50,698 nt of DNA from an uncultured archaeon (lineage in GTDB: Archaea > Thermoplasmatota > Penumbrarchaeia > JASLWR01), in contig CAYFHS010000024.1 in the NCBI GenBank assembly GCA_964342815.1, positions 1-50,698 on the forward strand, written 5' to 3'. The notes beneath the pieces are model-generated. The model worked only from the letters and a program-made list of their open reading frames with translations. It was not told the DNA's origin and made no database searches. A program made the position numbers and the translations under genes. Below, one piece after another: positions 16,172 through 26,629 of this stretch (its first letter is position 1; each line of letters opens with the position of its first letter).

Positions 16172-18132
16172 ATCTCCAAACCTCCAAATGAGTTCACTTT
16201 CACTGAGAAATTCTGTGGTATGAATGTTGTAGATGTATATTCCGTTATCAGGGCAGGTCCCTCTATTGTGACACCGGACGCCAATCTTTTCCGCTCGTAA
16301 ATTACGGCATCAGATTTTCTTCCCTCATGGTATGTACCCGTATTCCCAATCACCGGGTCACCGAGATCGGATTCCTTTACGGACCTAAGATAGGCGGGGG
16401 GTTTGTCGGTGATACCGCGTCCTTCCAATCTGAGATTAACGATTTCCATCTTCTCGCCAACATCGCTGTGACCGTACCTTTGATGGTGAAGCCGATGAAA
16501 ATCTGAGATAAATGTTTTCGAAAAAGGCACATTGAGTTCAAATGATTGTCTCCTGTAACGCATATCGACTGAACGCGAAAGAACTATTCTTCGTTGGTCG
16601 AATTTTTCGTTAATCAGTTCGGCCATTGCAGCTTCCTCAAGAGGACCGAAAGCTCTAGAAAGATCATCGTAATCCGTTTCACCGGAAGGCCTAATGTATG
16701 AACGGGAATAGTTTTTGATCACGTCGGTCATTAACATACCGTATGCGGACAACACTCCGGGATTTTGAGGTACAAAAACTCTTCTAATACCCAGCTCACG
16801 AGCCAGTTCGCAGGCATGCTGACAACCGGCACCACCAAAAGTTACCAGTGAGAAATCACGGGGATCATAGCCGCGCTGAACCGTGATACGCGTCAGAGCC
16901 TTCTGCATGGTTGCATTGGCGATCTTAACAATTCCTTCGGCCAATTCCAAAGGTTCCATGTCCAGTTCATGACTTTGGTTTTTCAAGTAATACATCGCGA
17001 TCTTTCGGTCCAATTGACGTTTCCCGCCGAGAAAACTGCTGCTGTGGAGTCTTCCCAGAACGAGATTGGCATCGGTAACTGTCAGTTCTGTTCCGCCGTT
17101 ATCGTAACAGATGGGGCCGGGGATTGCCCCTGCGGATCGGGGTCCAACCCGAATTGCTCCTACCGAATCCAACTGACAGATTGAACCGCCGCCGGCTCCC
17201 ACTGTATGAATGTCCAGCACAGGGATGCGGAGTGGAAGACCCGATATCTCGTACTCGGTGGTGACGGAAGGGACTCCGCTTACAAGAGAAACATCTGTGG
17301 ATGTACCGCCCATATCGAAGGTGATGATATCCTCGTATCCGGCAAGTTCGGCTGCACGAGTTGCCCCGATAACCCCCCCGGCAGGACCTGAAAGAACGGT
17401 GCGGACCGCTTCCTCCCCCGCTCTTTCGGCAGAAATACAACCTCCGTTGGACTGCATTATTCTAAGCTGGCCGGGGCCCATCCTGTCGCTGAGGTCAGAC
17501 AGGTGTTGTCTAACTAATGGGTGGACAAAGCTGTTCATCACGGCGCTCGAAGTCCTTTCATATTCCCTGTATTCCGGAACTAATGTTGATGAAAGAGTCA
17601 CGGGGAGTTGAGGAAATCTTTCCTTGATTTTTTTGTGTATATACAACTCGTTTGACGGATTTGCGTACGAATGCAGTAAGCAAACGGTAATTGCTTCGGT
17701 GTTTTCAAGGGAGATCTTATCCAACATTTCATCCAAGCCGGTAATTCCTGCTTGGATAGTACCGTCATGAAGGATTCTCTCGGAGATTCCGAAAACCATT
17801 TTCTCGTCAATTAATTGTCTGGGTTTTTCCGGTAACAGTGCATAGAGGTCCGGGCGGTTCTGCCTTCCTATGAATAGAATGGATTCGAAGCCAGCAGTGG
17901 TAATGAGAGAAACTTTCGCACCATTTCTCTCAAGGATCGCGTTCGTGGCTACAGTACTACCGTAGGTTATTTCCTTAGCTGTCTGGATCGAATAACAGCT
18001 ATCGAGAGCGGCCAATAACGCGTCTGATGGGTTGCGAGGAGTGGACGACCTTTTTTCGATAACGAGTTTTCCGTTATCAAAGGAAACCAGATCGGTGAAT
18101 GTTCCTCCTGTGTCTATACCAATTCTTTTCAA
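16159..18132 (-). CDS. hyuA: Hydantoinase A / oxoprolinase family protein
   Basis: GIDTGGTFTD, SGPAGG, DMGGTSTDV, VGAGGGS, GPICY and FGGAG. Confidence 0.92.
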   Translation of the reverse strand: MKRIGIDTGGTFTDLVSFDNGKLVIEKRSSTPRNPSDALLAALDSCYSIQTAKEITYGSTVATNAILERNGAKVSLITTAGFESILFIGRQNRPDLYALLPEKPRQLIDEKMVFGISERILHDGTIQAGITGLDEMLDKISLENTEAITVCLLHSYANPSNELYIHKKIKERFPQLPVTLSSTLVPEYREYERTSSAVMNSFVHPLVRQHLSDLSDRMGPGQLRIMQSNGGCISAERAGEEAVRTVLSGPAGGVIGATRAAELAGYEDIITFDMGGTSTDVSLVSGVPSVTTEYEISGLPLRIPVLDIHTVGAGGGSICQLDSVGAIRVGPRSAGAIPGPICYDNGGTELTVTDANLVLGRLHSSSFLGGKRQLDRKIAMYYLKNQSHELDMEPLELAEGIVKIANATMQKALTRITVQRGYDPRDFSLVTFGGAGCQHACELARELGIRRVFVPQNPGVLSAYGMLMTDVIKNYSRSYIRPSGETDYDDLSRAFGPLEEAAMAELINEKFDQRRIVLSRSVDMRYRRQSFELNVPFSKTFISDFHRLHHQRYGHSDVGEKMEIVNLRLEGRGITDKPPAYLRSVKESDLGDPVIGNTGTYHEGRKSDAVIYERKRLASGVTIEGPALITEYTSTTFIPQNFSVKVNSFGGLEICQQ

Positions 18133-18349
18133 TCCGGGTCACCCTTTTAATTATAACAAGGTGAATGGAAATGATGTATTATTTGTATTTTGGGTAAGGC
18201 TCACGGTGCTGGGTAGGAGAATGATTTCATCTGCTACAATTTTGAATTGTATTATTCCGATTATTACAATTATTTTGGTATATTTGGAATTTTTCCAATA
18301 TAATTATATAATTAATCCTCAATTCAAGGACACATCGGTGGTGTAATTT

Positions 18350-18532
18350 GTGAAGATCGAGACCGACGATGTCAAGTGCATAAAAGAAACGAGGCTTACC
18401 ATTAGAAGCTCCAGACGCAGAACCACCGTTCCCGCTGAACTGGTGGATACTATGAAGCTGCGGGATGGCGATAAGATCCGATGGATCGTCCTGAAAGATG
18501 GGACAACCTTTGTCGAAAAAGTTGATGCATAA
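18350..18532 (+). CDS. AbrB/MazE/SpoVT-type DNA-binding protein
   Basis: RTTVPAELVDTMKLRDGDKIRW fits the AbrB swapped-hairpin pattern. Confidence 0.75.
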   Translation: MKIETDDVKCIKETRLTIRSSRRRTTVPAELVDTMKLRDGDKIRWIVLKDGTTFVEKVDA

Positions 18533-18563
18533 GCCTTGGAAAAATAGGAACGGAAGAAGGACC

Positions 18564-19952
18564 ATGGACAAGCTCTGGAAACAGAAGGTGCTGCTGAATA
18601 TTATCGGTATTTCCATACTGGTAATTAGCTATTTCTTACCTGCACCTTCAGGTCTCTCATGGTCGGGAAAGATGATGCTCGGTGTGCTTGTATTCGCCGG
18701 TTACATGTGGCTTGTAAAACCGATCCCCATTGCCGCTACCGCTCTTTTAGTCATCATATTACCGGTAATATTCGGCATCGTGACGCGCCAAAAGGGATTT
18801 TCCTATTTTGGAAACAACGCAGTCTTTTTTCTTCTCGGTGCCTTCATACTTACCGCAGCAATCGAGAAACACAATATTCACAAGCGAATATCTATTTTCG
18901 TACTCAGCCAGATGGGTGATCGCCCGGTATTTTTCACTCTGGGGATCTTTCTGTTATCGGCCTTCTCGTCTTTCATCATGCCCGAACACGCTGTGGCAGC
19001 ACTGATGCTCCCGGTGGTTCTATCAGTATTGGCAGTGGTGAAGGCGATCCCGAAGAAATCCAATTTTGCAAAGGTGTCCTTGCTTTCTGTGGCATTCGGG
19101 TGTTCTATTGGCTCTCTGGGAACCCTTGTTGGCGGCGCACGGAATCCTTACACTCTAGCTTTTCTTGCCGAGACCAGTAATATCCATATATCCTTCTTTG
19201 ACTGGATATTCTATTCCATGCCTGTGGTCATCCTTTCAATACCTGTAATTTGGTTCGTTTTGATCAAGATATTTCCCATAGAAGTTAAGAGTCTCAAGAA
19301 AACCCATTTACTACTTCAAAGGGAAGTAAAGGAATTGGGTCCGATGAAATCCAGAGAGATCACGACGATATTCATAACGGTTCTGACTATTCTAGGTTGG
19401 GTGTTTTTACATTTTCAGCTGGGCCCACCAGTTGTAGCGATCTTGGGGGGTCTCCTGTTATTCTTTTTAAGACTTATAAAATGGGACGATGTGGAAAAAC
19501 GCGTCCCATGGGGTATCATTTTGCTCTACGGAGGGGCCATAACGCTGGGCGTTAATCTCTACAATACGGGTGCTGCAGATTGGATCGCTTTAAAAGCCCT
19601 TGGACTAACCGGGAACAATCCTTTTCTCGTCCTCATAATGCTTGTGATCATTACCATCTTGCTTACCAACTTTATGAGTAATACCGCAGCTGTGGCCATG
19701 CTGCTGCCCATAGGTCTAGGTATGGCTGAAGCATCCGGTCTGGATGTAATCGTAACCTCTATGATAATTGCCCTCAGCGGCGGTCTGGCATTCATGCTGG
19801 TAATTGCCACTCCCGGTAATGCAATAACTTATTCTACGGGATATTATTCAACTCGTGATCTGATGAAATCAGGATCCATCGTAACCGTATTATGTGCAAT
19901 TATATTGCTCGTGATCGCATTGACGTACTGGAAACTTATAGGTCTGTGGTAA
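18564..19952 (+). CDS. DASS/SLC13 family anion:sodium symporter (ORF track opens at 18498)
   Basis: SSFIMPEHA, GSLGTLVGGARN, NFMSNTA and ATPGNAI hairpin motifs; many TMs. Confidence 0.9.
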   Translation: MDKLWKQKVLLNIIGISILVISYFLPAPSGLSWSGKMMLGVLVFAGYMWLVKPIPIAATALLVIILPVIFGIVTRQKGFSYFGNNAVFFLLGAFILTAAIEKHNIHKRISIFVLSQMGDRPVFFTLGIFLLSAFSSFIMPEHAVAALMLPVVLSVLAVVKAIPKKSNFAKVSLLSVAFGCSIGSLGTLVGGARNPYTLAFLAETSNIHISFFDWIFYSMPVVILSIPVIWFVLIKIFPIEVKSLKKTHLLLQREVKELGPMKSREITTIFITVLTILGWVFLHFQLGPPVVAILGGLLLFFLRLIKWDDVEKRVPWGIILLYGGAITLGVNLYNTGAADWIALKALGLTGNNPFLVLIMLVIITILLTNFMSNTAAVAMLLPIGLGMAEASGLDVIVTSMIIALSGGLAFMLVIATPGNAITYSTGYYSTRDLMKSGSIVTVLCAIILLVIALTYWKLIGLW

Positions 19953-19953
19953 G

Positions 19954-20754
19954 ATGTTCAAAAACATATTGGTTCCAATATCTTCGGACTACTTTCCGGA
20001 GATGGCCATTCGCCGTAGCAGGGCATTGGCTGAGAAGTTCAAGGGAAAGGTTCATTTTCTTTATGTTGTGGAGAAAAAGACGGTCGAGCAAATGGAGAAG
20101 ACGGGAAAGCATGTACTGACACCAAAGCTGATCTCTGAGCTTGAAGAAGATATTTATCATAGACAGGTCCGCGATATATCGAGAACGGTCTTGGATCGGA
20201 CCAAAGAACTGATGGGACCATTGAATGAAAGGTGTAATTATCTTGTACAAAAAGGTGAGTTCAGCGATGAGATCGAAGGATACTTGACTGAAAACAGCGA
20301 ATCATTCAATCACATTACCTGTGTTATTCTGGAATATAAAAAACACTCGAACTTGAAATACAGGATATTTGAGAATTGTTCGGTTCCCATATGGCTCGAA
20401 CGGGGTGGAAAAATTGACAAAATATTCGCTGCTACCACCTCCATTTCGCGTAATGAACTTGTACCCACCCATGCGAAACGGATCGCCCTTTCTTTCAATG
20501 CCAAACTTTCCCTGGACCATTTCTCTGTCCACGGGGAGGATGAGGGGGATAAGAAAATTAAGCTGCAAAAGGACTGGAAAGGAGTTTCCAATGTTGAAAA
20601 GAAGATACTCAGGAGGGCGGAGGAAGAAAATGCGGATCTTCTTATTATTGGTAGAACCTGCAAAGCCTGTGGTTTTTTTGGGTTTGGAACCCATTTTCCA
20701 AAAGTAGTGATAGCAAAGAAAGCCACCATGAGCGTTCTCATCATGTACTCGTGA
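19954..20754 (+). CDS. Universal stress protein (tandem USP-like)
   Basis: MFKNILVPIS start; ILRRAEEENADLLIIG...VVIAKKATMSVLI. Confidence 0.8.
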   Translation: MFKNILVPISSDYFPEMAIRRSRALAEKFKGKVHFLYVVEKKTVEQMEKTGKHVLTPKLISELEEDIYHRQVRDISRTVLDRTKELMGPLNERCNYLVQKGEFSDEIEGYLTENSESFNHITCVILEYKKHSNLKYRIFENCSVPIWLERGGKIDKIFAATTSISRNELVPTHAKRIALSFNAKLSLDHFSVHGEDEGDKKIKLQKDWKGVSNVEKKILRRAEEENADLLIIGRTCKACGFFGFGTHFPKVVIAKKATMSVLIMYS

Positions 20755-20759
20755 TTTTA

Positions 20760-22154
20760 TTATTGAAGGTTTAACTGCGAGCTGACAGTAGCATTCACAG
20801 ATTTTAGAAATCCTTCGAGACTATCTTTTGGAATCGTTGCTCCGGAGGCAACTGGATGCCCTCCACCGTTACCCCCTGCTTCTTTTGCCGCTTTGGATAA
20901 AGCTTCAGCGAGATCGAGCCCTTTTTCAACAAGCTCTCTTGTTCCACGGCCTGATATATTGATGTTCTCATCCCTTGGGGTTACTCCAAGCAGAGGACGG
21001 CTGCCGTCTGTAAGATACCTTATTGCTACACCGGTTGCAGTTCCGCCCTGCTGTTCCTTCCCGGCTGTGAAATAATCAAGGGAACCGATTTTTTCGAAAC
21101 CTTTCTCAAGCTCGATTATCATTTCAACAACCTTTTCATGGAAACGCGTGGCCACCTTTACTGCCGCTTCTCTGAATTTTTCCGGTGATAAGCAGAATGC
21201 CAGGGCCAATGAATGTTCTTCAAGGTTTCCACAGCCGTTGACAATACCTGCAATCTCTTCGATGTGCATGTCCATCCTCGGGGAGTAATACCTTTTCTTT
21301 ATCATATTTTTCATGGTACCGTGATGGGCTTCTGCCCTGACCAACTTTAGCATGAGGGCCGAGTTCAGGGTCGTACGTTCCCTGGGTTGCATTTTCTCAG
21401 GTACCGAATCAGTGGAAAGGCCCAAGTTCTCAAGGAATTCCGTGATTTTTTCTTCCCGACCGCTCAATCCCCTGAAATACGGATCGAAAGTGTGCTTTAT
21501 TGAATTTGATATACCCCCGCCGTACAATTCCATACCGATATCAATGGTGAAAATCCCCTCCTTCTCACCCTGTTCTGCAAGCAGTCCATTTAAACCCGTG
21601 AAGCCGTAAATTTTCTGTTTATCCCCTGCTGCTCCGGCAAGAGCCAGGTCCAGAAGGTCGAAGTTCTCGATATCCAAAACAGCCGCGAAGAGAAAAGCCA
21701 TGACCGAACCACTGGTCTCGAAGGACCCGTTTATCCCGTGATCGTTGCAGTTTATCTGGATGAATTTATTGCTTTTTGCTACTACCTTGTGGTGGTCCAG
21801 TACTATAATAATCGCATCGGTTCGGTCCGCCAGGAGTTCGATTAGACCTGTATAACCGCTCCCGATATCGGTAAAAACATATAATCCCATCCCGTCCTGG
21901 GTTAGTTCTTCCACCACCGATTCATCAATTCGATTTACCACCTTCGTTCTCAGGAACAATCCCGCTCTCGAGAGCGCCCTTGTAAGAATGGCTCCTGCTG
22001 TTATACCATCGGCATCGTCATGGCACACGACCTGAACATATTCATTGTAATCGATCAAAGCATCCACTGCTTTACGGAGGTCCTTGTACAGAGAAATAGA
22101 TATAGGTAACCGGTCCTTAACCCGTTCATAAGCCGACTCGGGTTTCTCGTCCAT
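20760..22154 (-). CDS. recJ: Archaeal RecJ-like DHH/DHHA1 phosphoesterase
   Basis: HDDADG, FTDIGSG, LDHH and GGGHPVASG; located next to rps15 as usual in Euryarchaeota. Confidence 0.88.
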   Translation of the reverse strand: MDEKPESAYERVKDRLPISISLYKDLRKAVDALIDYNEYVQVVCHDDADGITAGAILTRALSRAGLFLRTKVVNRIDESVVEELTQDGMGLYVFTDIGSGYTGLIELLADRTDAIIIVLDHHKVVAKSNKFIQINCNDHGINGSFETSGSVMAFLFAAVLDIENFDLLDLALAGAAGDKQKIYGFTGLNGLLAEQGEKEGIFTIDIGMELYGGGISNSIKHTFDPYFRGLSGREEKITEFLENLGLSTDSVPEKMQPRERTTLNSALMLKLVRAEAHHGTMKNMIKKRYYSPRMDMHIEEIAGIVNGCGNLEEHSLALAFCLSPEKFREAAVKVATRFHEKVVEMIIELEKGFEKIGSLDYFTAGKEQQGGTATGVAIRYLTDGSRPLLGVTPRDENINISGRGTRELVEKGLDLAEALSKAAKEAGGNGGGHPVASGATIPKDSLEGFLKSVNATVSSQLNLQ

Positions 22155-22174
22155 AACCGCTCCTGAGTAATTGA

Positions 22175-22630
22175 TTACTCCACAAGCAATTTGGCAGCTT
22201 CACGGGTATATTTCCATTCCGCAGGGAGAAGTTTTCTGTTCTTATAATACTTTACCAGCCTGCGTACCTTGGCTTCAGTCAGATGCAGCTGTCTTTTATT
22301 GTGGAGGTCTTTTCTATTGTCCTGAAGATGCTTATGGATATTGAGAGCCTTTCTCATCAGATTGGTAAGATCTTCAGGAAGTTTCAAACTGATACCGTGC
22401 TTTTCCAGTATCTTTGTGATTTTCATTCCCGTAAACATTTTAACAAGTGGGATACCGTGCTGGTCCCGAAGAGTAATCCCGATCTGACTGGTGGAATTGC
22501 CCTGTTTGTAGAGATCTACTATCAATTTCTCGATTTCTTTTGTCTCAATCTGGACCCAATCGGGCGTCGTCTCATGGTGAGGGTGTATTGATCCCGATTT
22601 TCCTTTCTTTCGTGCATGTATTCGTGCCAT
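22175..22630 (-). CDS. rps15: 30S ribosomal protein uS15 (S15P/S13e)
   Basis: MARIHARKKGKSGS...LPEDL.NL..KA...HL..NRKDLHNKR.L.L.E.KVRRLVKYYK. Confidence 0.97.
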   Translation of the reverse strand: MARIHARKKGKSGSIHPHHETTPDWVQIETKEIEKLIVDLYKQGNSTSQIGITLRDQHGIPLVKMFTGMKITKILEKHGISLKLPEDLTNLMRKALNIHKHLQDNRKDLHNKRQLHLTEAKVRRLVKYYKNRKLLPAEWKYTREAAKLLVE

Positions 22631-22639
22631 TCGGTTCAC

Positions 22640-22735
22640 CTTTTTCCGTAGGAAACAGCAACTGCTGTTTCTGAGGATGATACCCACATAGTGGGTTGTT
22701 CTTTGTATGGGCGTGACCCAAATACTGCGTTTAAA
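22640..22735 (-). promoter_or_regulatory. Structured 5' leader of rps15 (candidate r-leader)
   Basis: Hairpins GAAACAGCA-AC-TGCTGTTTC (22652-22671) and ACCCAC-ATA-GTGGGT (22682-22696) just upstream of the SD. Confidence 0.5.
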
Positions 22736-22837
22736 AAAACGTAGTAGTTATTTGAATGTCGATTTTCTGGGTTAATAATGAGTTAATTAAAAAAGGTTTT
22801 GGCTGGATTTCCACAGTAATGTTTATCATGGGAAGAT

Positions 22838-23386
22838 TTACTTCGCAACGAATAGAAAATATTTCTGGTCGGATTGCTTGAGTTCCTGTTCGATCCTGTC
22901 GGTTATACTTTTTAAAGGATTGAAAAGTGAACCCACCTTCTTTTCAATGTCTTCGAAACTTTCAAAATTCTTTATCTTGCGGGCATTTATTATTGCCCAC
23001 ATTGTCTTTTGTCCAATACCAGGGAGCAACTGCAATGCATGATATTTACGGCTTATAGCCCCGGCACTGTTATAAAATGAAACGAAGTCAGTTTCCCTTA
23101 TAGTAACGATTTCTTTGATTAAATAGGGCAGTTCGCTTTGGGCAGTGGAAGTAAGCTCCTCGTACTTCACCCGTCGTTTCACATGGAGTATCTCCTTTCT
23201 CTTCTCCAGATCCTTGCCTATATACACTTTATCACCAATTTTGAGCATTACATCCGGTTTTGGTATTAGTTCAAGTATCTTGAACTCCTTTTCTCCTAGA
23301 CCGTAGGCGATAGGCTGACGTTTTATGTTACGCCGCTCGTGTTTTCCGTAATGGAGATAATCCAATAGATAGACGTGATCTTCCAA
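22838..23386 (-). CDS. DUF655 (COG1491) predicted RNA/DNA-binding protein
   Basis: LLDYLHYG, GEKEFKILEL, YEELTSTAQSEL and HALQLLPGIG; position after rpoF is conserved. Confidence 0.88.
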   Translation of the reverse strand: MEDHVYLLDYLHYGKHERRNIKRQPIAYGLGEKEFKILELIPKPDVMLKIGDKVYIGKDLEKRKEILHVKRRVKYEELTSTAQSELPYLIKEIVTIRETDFVSFYNSAGAISRKYHALQLLPGIGQKTMWAIINARKIKNFESFEDIEKKVGSLFNPLKSITDRIEQELKQSDQKYFLFVAK

Positions 23387-23421
23387 AAAAACCCTCCTAT
23401 CCGCTTCCCTGATTTTCTAAT

Positions 23422-23760
23422 TCAGATAAATTTCAATATGGTGTCCATGATCTTCTTCATTTCGTCCTCGGAGGGGGACATTATTTCTTTTGCAAAGATT
23501 GCTCTTAGTTCTTCATCGCTCTGAGGCAGTATCTCAGTAAGTTTATGTGCATGGTACGAATTGATTCGATCTATCTTTTGCAGTTCGTCAATTAATTTCA
23601 GAGTTTCCTCAATAGAAAGAAATGAAAACAGTTCGGCGTGATGCAGTATCTCCCTTTTTTCCTGGGTGAATCCCTCGTACTCGCTATCCTCACGCAATAT
23701 CTTCTTGACTTCCGGGATGGATATGTACCTGTCGCCTTCATTATTATTCATCTGGTCCAC
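23422..23760 (-). CDS. rpoF: RNA polymerase subunit F (Rpo4)
   Basis: YISIPEVKKIL...HAELF...EILPQSDEELRAIF; lies between rpl21e and DUF655. Confidence 0.9.
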   Translation of the reverse strand: MDQMNNNEGDRYISIPEVKKILREDSEYEGFTQEKREILHHAELFSFLSIEETLKLIDELQKIDRINSYHAHKLTEILPQSDEELRAIFAKEIMSPSEDEMKKIMDTILKFI

Positions 23761-23880
23761 TCTCTTTTCTTAGATAATGATATACATTCTTTCCAAGGTG
23801 TTCTCTAGAAAGACTATTACATTGTGCTAATATAAAAATATTGGTGAGGAAAACGTGAAAAAAATATTTCAAAGGGCCTT

Positions 23881-24408
23881 TCAATCCTCAATGGTCTCCA
23901 ATACCGTTCCAATCTCATCTTCTTCAATAAGTTCGAACAATTCGACAGTTTCCTCGACTTCGTTCTTTTCCGCCTTTTCCTTAATTTCCTTCTTCTCGAG
24001 GTCAACATTCTTTTTCTGCTGATTTTTGTATTTCTTTTTCGGTCGCACAGACGCGGGATGGATTTTTTTAATCCTTTTACTCCATGTCTTGGGTGGTTTT
24101 TTCTCAGGTGAGAATAGACGTAGATGTTCCGAAGTTATTAACAGTTTTTTTCCTTTATTTCCGTCTTTAACCTTGATTACGAGGGCTCTTCCCTGATTAC
24201 CTATAACCTCTCCAGTATGGCCGTGGAACCTATGATGGGGTTGTCCCTTATGGACTGAAGGATCGATGACTATGTTGACCTTTTCGCCTACCTGAAAATT
24301 CTGAAATAATCTTGTTATTGGCGATAGTCCCTTATCCCTTCTCTTTCGGGAAAGTTTCTTCCTCGTCCCCTGTCGCGGTCCATGTGATCTTTTTACTATA
24401 ATGACCAA
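23881..24408 (-). CDS. rpl21e: 50S ribosomal protein eL21 with a long C-terminal extension
   Basis: SHGPRQGTRKKL, IDPSVHKGQPHHRFHGHTG and KDGNK.K.L...EHL. Confidence 0.95.
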   Translation of the reverse strand: MVIIVKRSHGPRQGTRKKLSRKRRDKGLSPITRLFQNFQVGEKVNIVIDPSVHKGQPHHRFHGHTGEVIGNQGRALVIKVKDGNKGKKLLITSEHLRLFSPEKKPPKTWSKRIKKIHPASVRPKKKYKNQQKKNVDLEKKEIKEKAEKNEVEETVELFELIEEDEIGTVLETIED

Positions 24409-24540
24409 CTCCTTTTTTCCTGAATCATTATTGCCAGTGGGTCAGCATCCAAGATGCCGGTTTAACTGCAATTAGTTATAAATATTTTTTTGTAGTCTCA
24501 AAATTCATCTTTCCATCATCATGAATCGACCCATCGATGA

Positions 24541-26535
24541 CTACTTTTCCATGATATTAACGGTAAATCGACTGACTTCGATGATATCAATATTTAAATT
24601 TGATTCCGCACGTAATTCAATAACTATGGAATCTGATTCCAATGCTGTAAGTGGGGGTTGTACTCTTAAGAAGAAGTTTATACTCTCTCCGGGGGCTAGT
24701 TCAATCGAATCGCCGATGTCTATCCAAGCTGACCAGTTCGAAGGATGTGTGATGGAAAGGGTCAGAATATCTGTCTTGGAGCCTACATTTGTTGCTGTTA
24801 CTCCGAAATTTCCAATATTTGGTATTTTCTTAGATACAAGAACCTCTTTTTCCGTATCCGGGCTATACAATTCAATGGTGGATACTCGCGTAGATATTAC
24901 CAGGGTGGCGGGAGAGCATTTGGCGTTTTTTTCCTCACCGGTTATGCTCAGGTTCAACATGGAGTTATACTGGAGTGATACGTCTGAACGTATTGTGATA
25001 TTTAACTGATTGCTCGTTTTCCCTTGAAGATGTAAGCCGAAATTACCTATCTCCTTGTTGTTGAAAATATTGCGATTGGACCAATCCAGTGTCATTCGTC
25101 GGTTATTGTCCTCGGCGGAGGGGTGTTCTATTGTCACGTTCCACAGGGGTAACATCGTAATGTTAACATACTCGAATCTTTCATATTCAAGTGATATGGT
25201 AAAATAAAAATCACCCTCACCGCTTCCTGTATTATTCAGGATTATATCGAATCGAACCTCGCCTCCAATATCCATGGATAAGCTTTCATCTGGAGTGGAC
25301 AAATGGAGATCTGGTATCCTGGGCTCGATATCCATCAGAGTAAGGGGTATGGGGATGAAACAAATGATCAGGATGAATATGGAGAATATTCCCACAATTT
25401 TCTGTCGGATCTTCAATGGTGATATGTCGTTCAGTGGTGGGGGATGTCTGACACCGAAAAAAAGTATGAGAAATGCAAAAATGAACCATCCCGGATACCA
25501 GAATCCCATCACGAGTAGAACCACAATGGAAAAATAGGAAAAATATCTTGCATTCTTACCGAATAGGGCTCTTGCGATATGCCCCCCGTCGAGCTGTCCT
25601 GCTGGAAGCAGGTTGAATGCAGTTACAAGCAATCCGACCCAACCGGCAAATGCCGTAGGATGAAGGACCGCATCGGAGGGAACCGAAAAAAAGCTTGAAA
25701 TGAACTTATAGAGGAGGGGTTCTCCTAGAATCATTACCTTTAGTGATTCTGATTGTATGGCTGTTCCCGGATAGGCCGATGAGAGAATAAAACCCACTAT
25801 TGTAACTGGAATGGCTACTATAAATCCCACTATGGGACCTGCCGCACCTATTTGCATCAAAGCTTTTTTTGAGGGTAGTGGTTCCTTGATTGTGATGAAA
25901 GCCCCAAAGGTGCCCAGTATACCTATAATGGGAGGGATTGGAATGAAAAAGGGAAGGCTGGCATCAACATGGTTCCTTTTACTGGCGATGTAATGGCCTG
26001 CTTCGTGTAGACCCAGTATCAGTAATATGGGAAAGGCAAATGATACTGCGCCTAATAGAACCAGTGAAGGATGGGTCAGAACCTCAAAAATCTCAAGAAT
26101 TGCTCCCAGGTCCCCCCGTAGACCACTGTCATATCCCGAATACGATGCCCACATTAGCGTACCGGCCCAAACTGTGGTTAGGACCGTTGCTATGAAAAGA
26201 GTAATATTCCATCTCAAACTCTTTTTTTTCGCGGGAGGTGCCTTGAACACATAAAGAACCAACTTCCCTTTATCCCTGAGAAGCGTAATCAGTAATCCCA
26301 TTGTCTTCATATGTACCCGTGTCTTGTCGAATGCTTCATCGAGATCATCCTCTATAGGTGAAATATAATAACATAAGGTACCATTGATCTTCTTTGAATC
26401 GTATATGTGAAAATATTTCGATACGATAGGAGTGATCTCATCGTATTTTCCATATAAATTATTTTGGAAATCCTGCCTGGGATCGTTAGCACCGGTTCTT
26501 TGGAACGGAATGCCAAATCTTTCTTTTCTAGCCAC
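24541..26535 (-). CDS. Site-2 protease (peptidase M50) with a C-terminal extracellular Ig-like extension
   Basis: HEAGH, GAAGP and FNLLPAGQLDGGH; beta-rich C-terminal ~270 aa. Confidence 0.88.
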   Translation of the reverse strand: MARKERFGIPFQRTGANDPRQDFQNNLYGKYDEITPIVSKYFHIYDSKKINGTLCYYISPIEDDLDEAFDKTRVHMKTMGLLITLLRDKGKLVLYVFKAPPAKKKSLRWNITLFIATVLTTVWAGTLMWASYSGYDSGLRGDLGAILEIFEVLTHPSLVLLGAVSFAFPILLILGLHEAGHYIASKRNHVDASLPFFIPIPPIIGILGTFGAFITIKEPLPSKKALMQIGAAGPIVGFIVAIPVTIVGFILSSAYPGTAIQSESLKVMILGEPLLYKFISSFFSVPSDAVLHPTAFAGWVGLLVTAFNLLPAGQLDGGHIARALFGKNARYFSYFSIVVLLVMGFWYPGWFIFAFLILFFGVRHPPPLNDISPLKIRQKIVGIFSIFILIICFIPIPLTLMDIEPRIPDLHLSTPDESLSMDIGGEVRFDIILNNTGSGEGDFYFTISLEYERFEYVNITMLPLWNVTIEHPSAEDNNRRMTLDWSNRNIFNNKEIGNFGLHLQGKTSNQLNITIRSDVSLQYNSMLNLSITGEEKNAKCSPATLVISTRVSTIELYSPDTEKEVLVSKKIPNIGNFGVTATNVGSKTDILTLSITHPSNWSAWIDIGDSIELAPGESINFFLRVQPPLTALESDSIVIELRAESNLNIDIIEVSRFTVNIMEK

Positions 26536-26629
26536 GCTGCATTCCTTCGATATAAAATTAACCCGCTTCGATTGATCTGGTTTGAATAAAGGGAAGAGTA
26601 TCTGATGTTTTAAAAAATACTAAGGGCGG

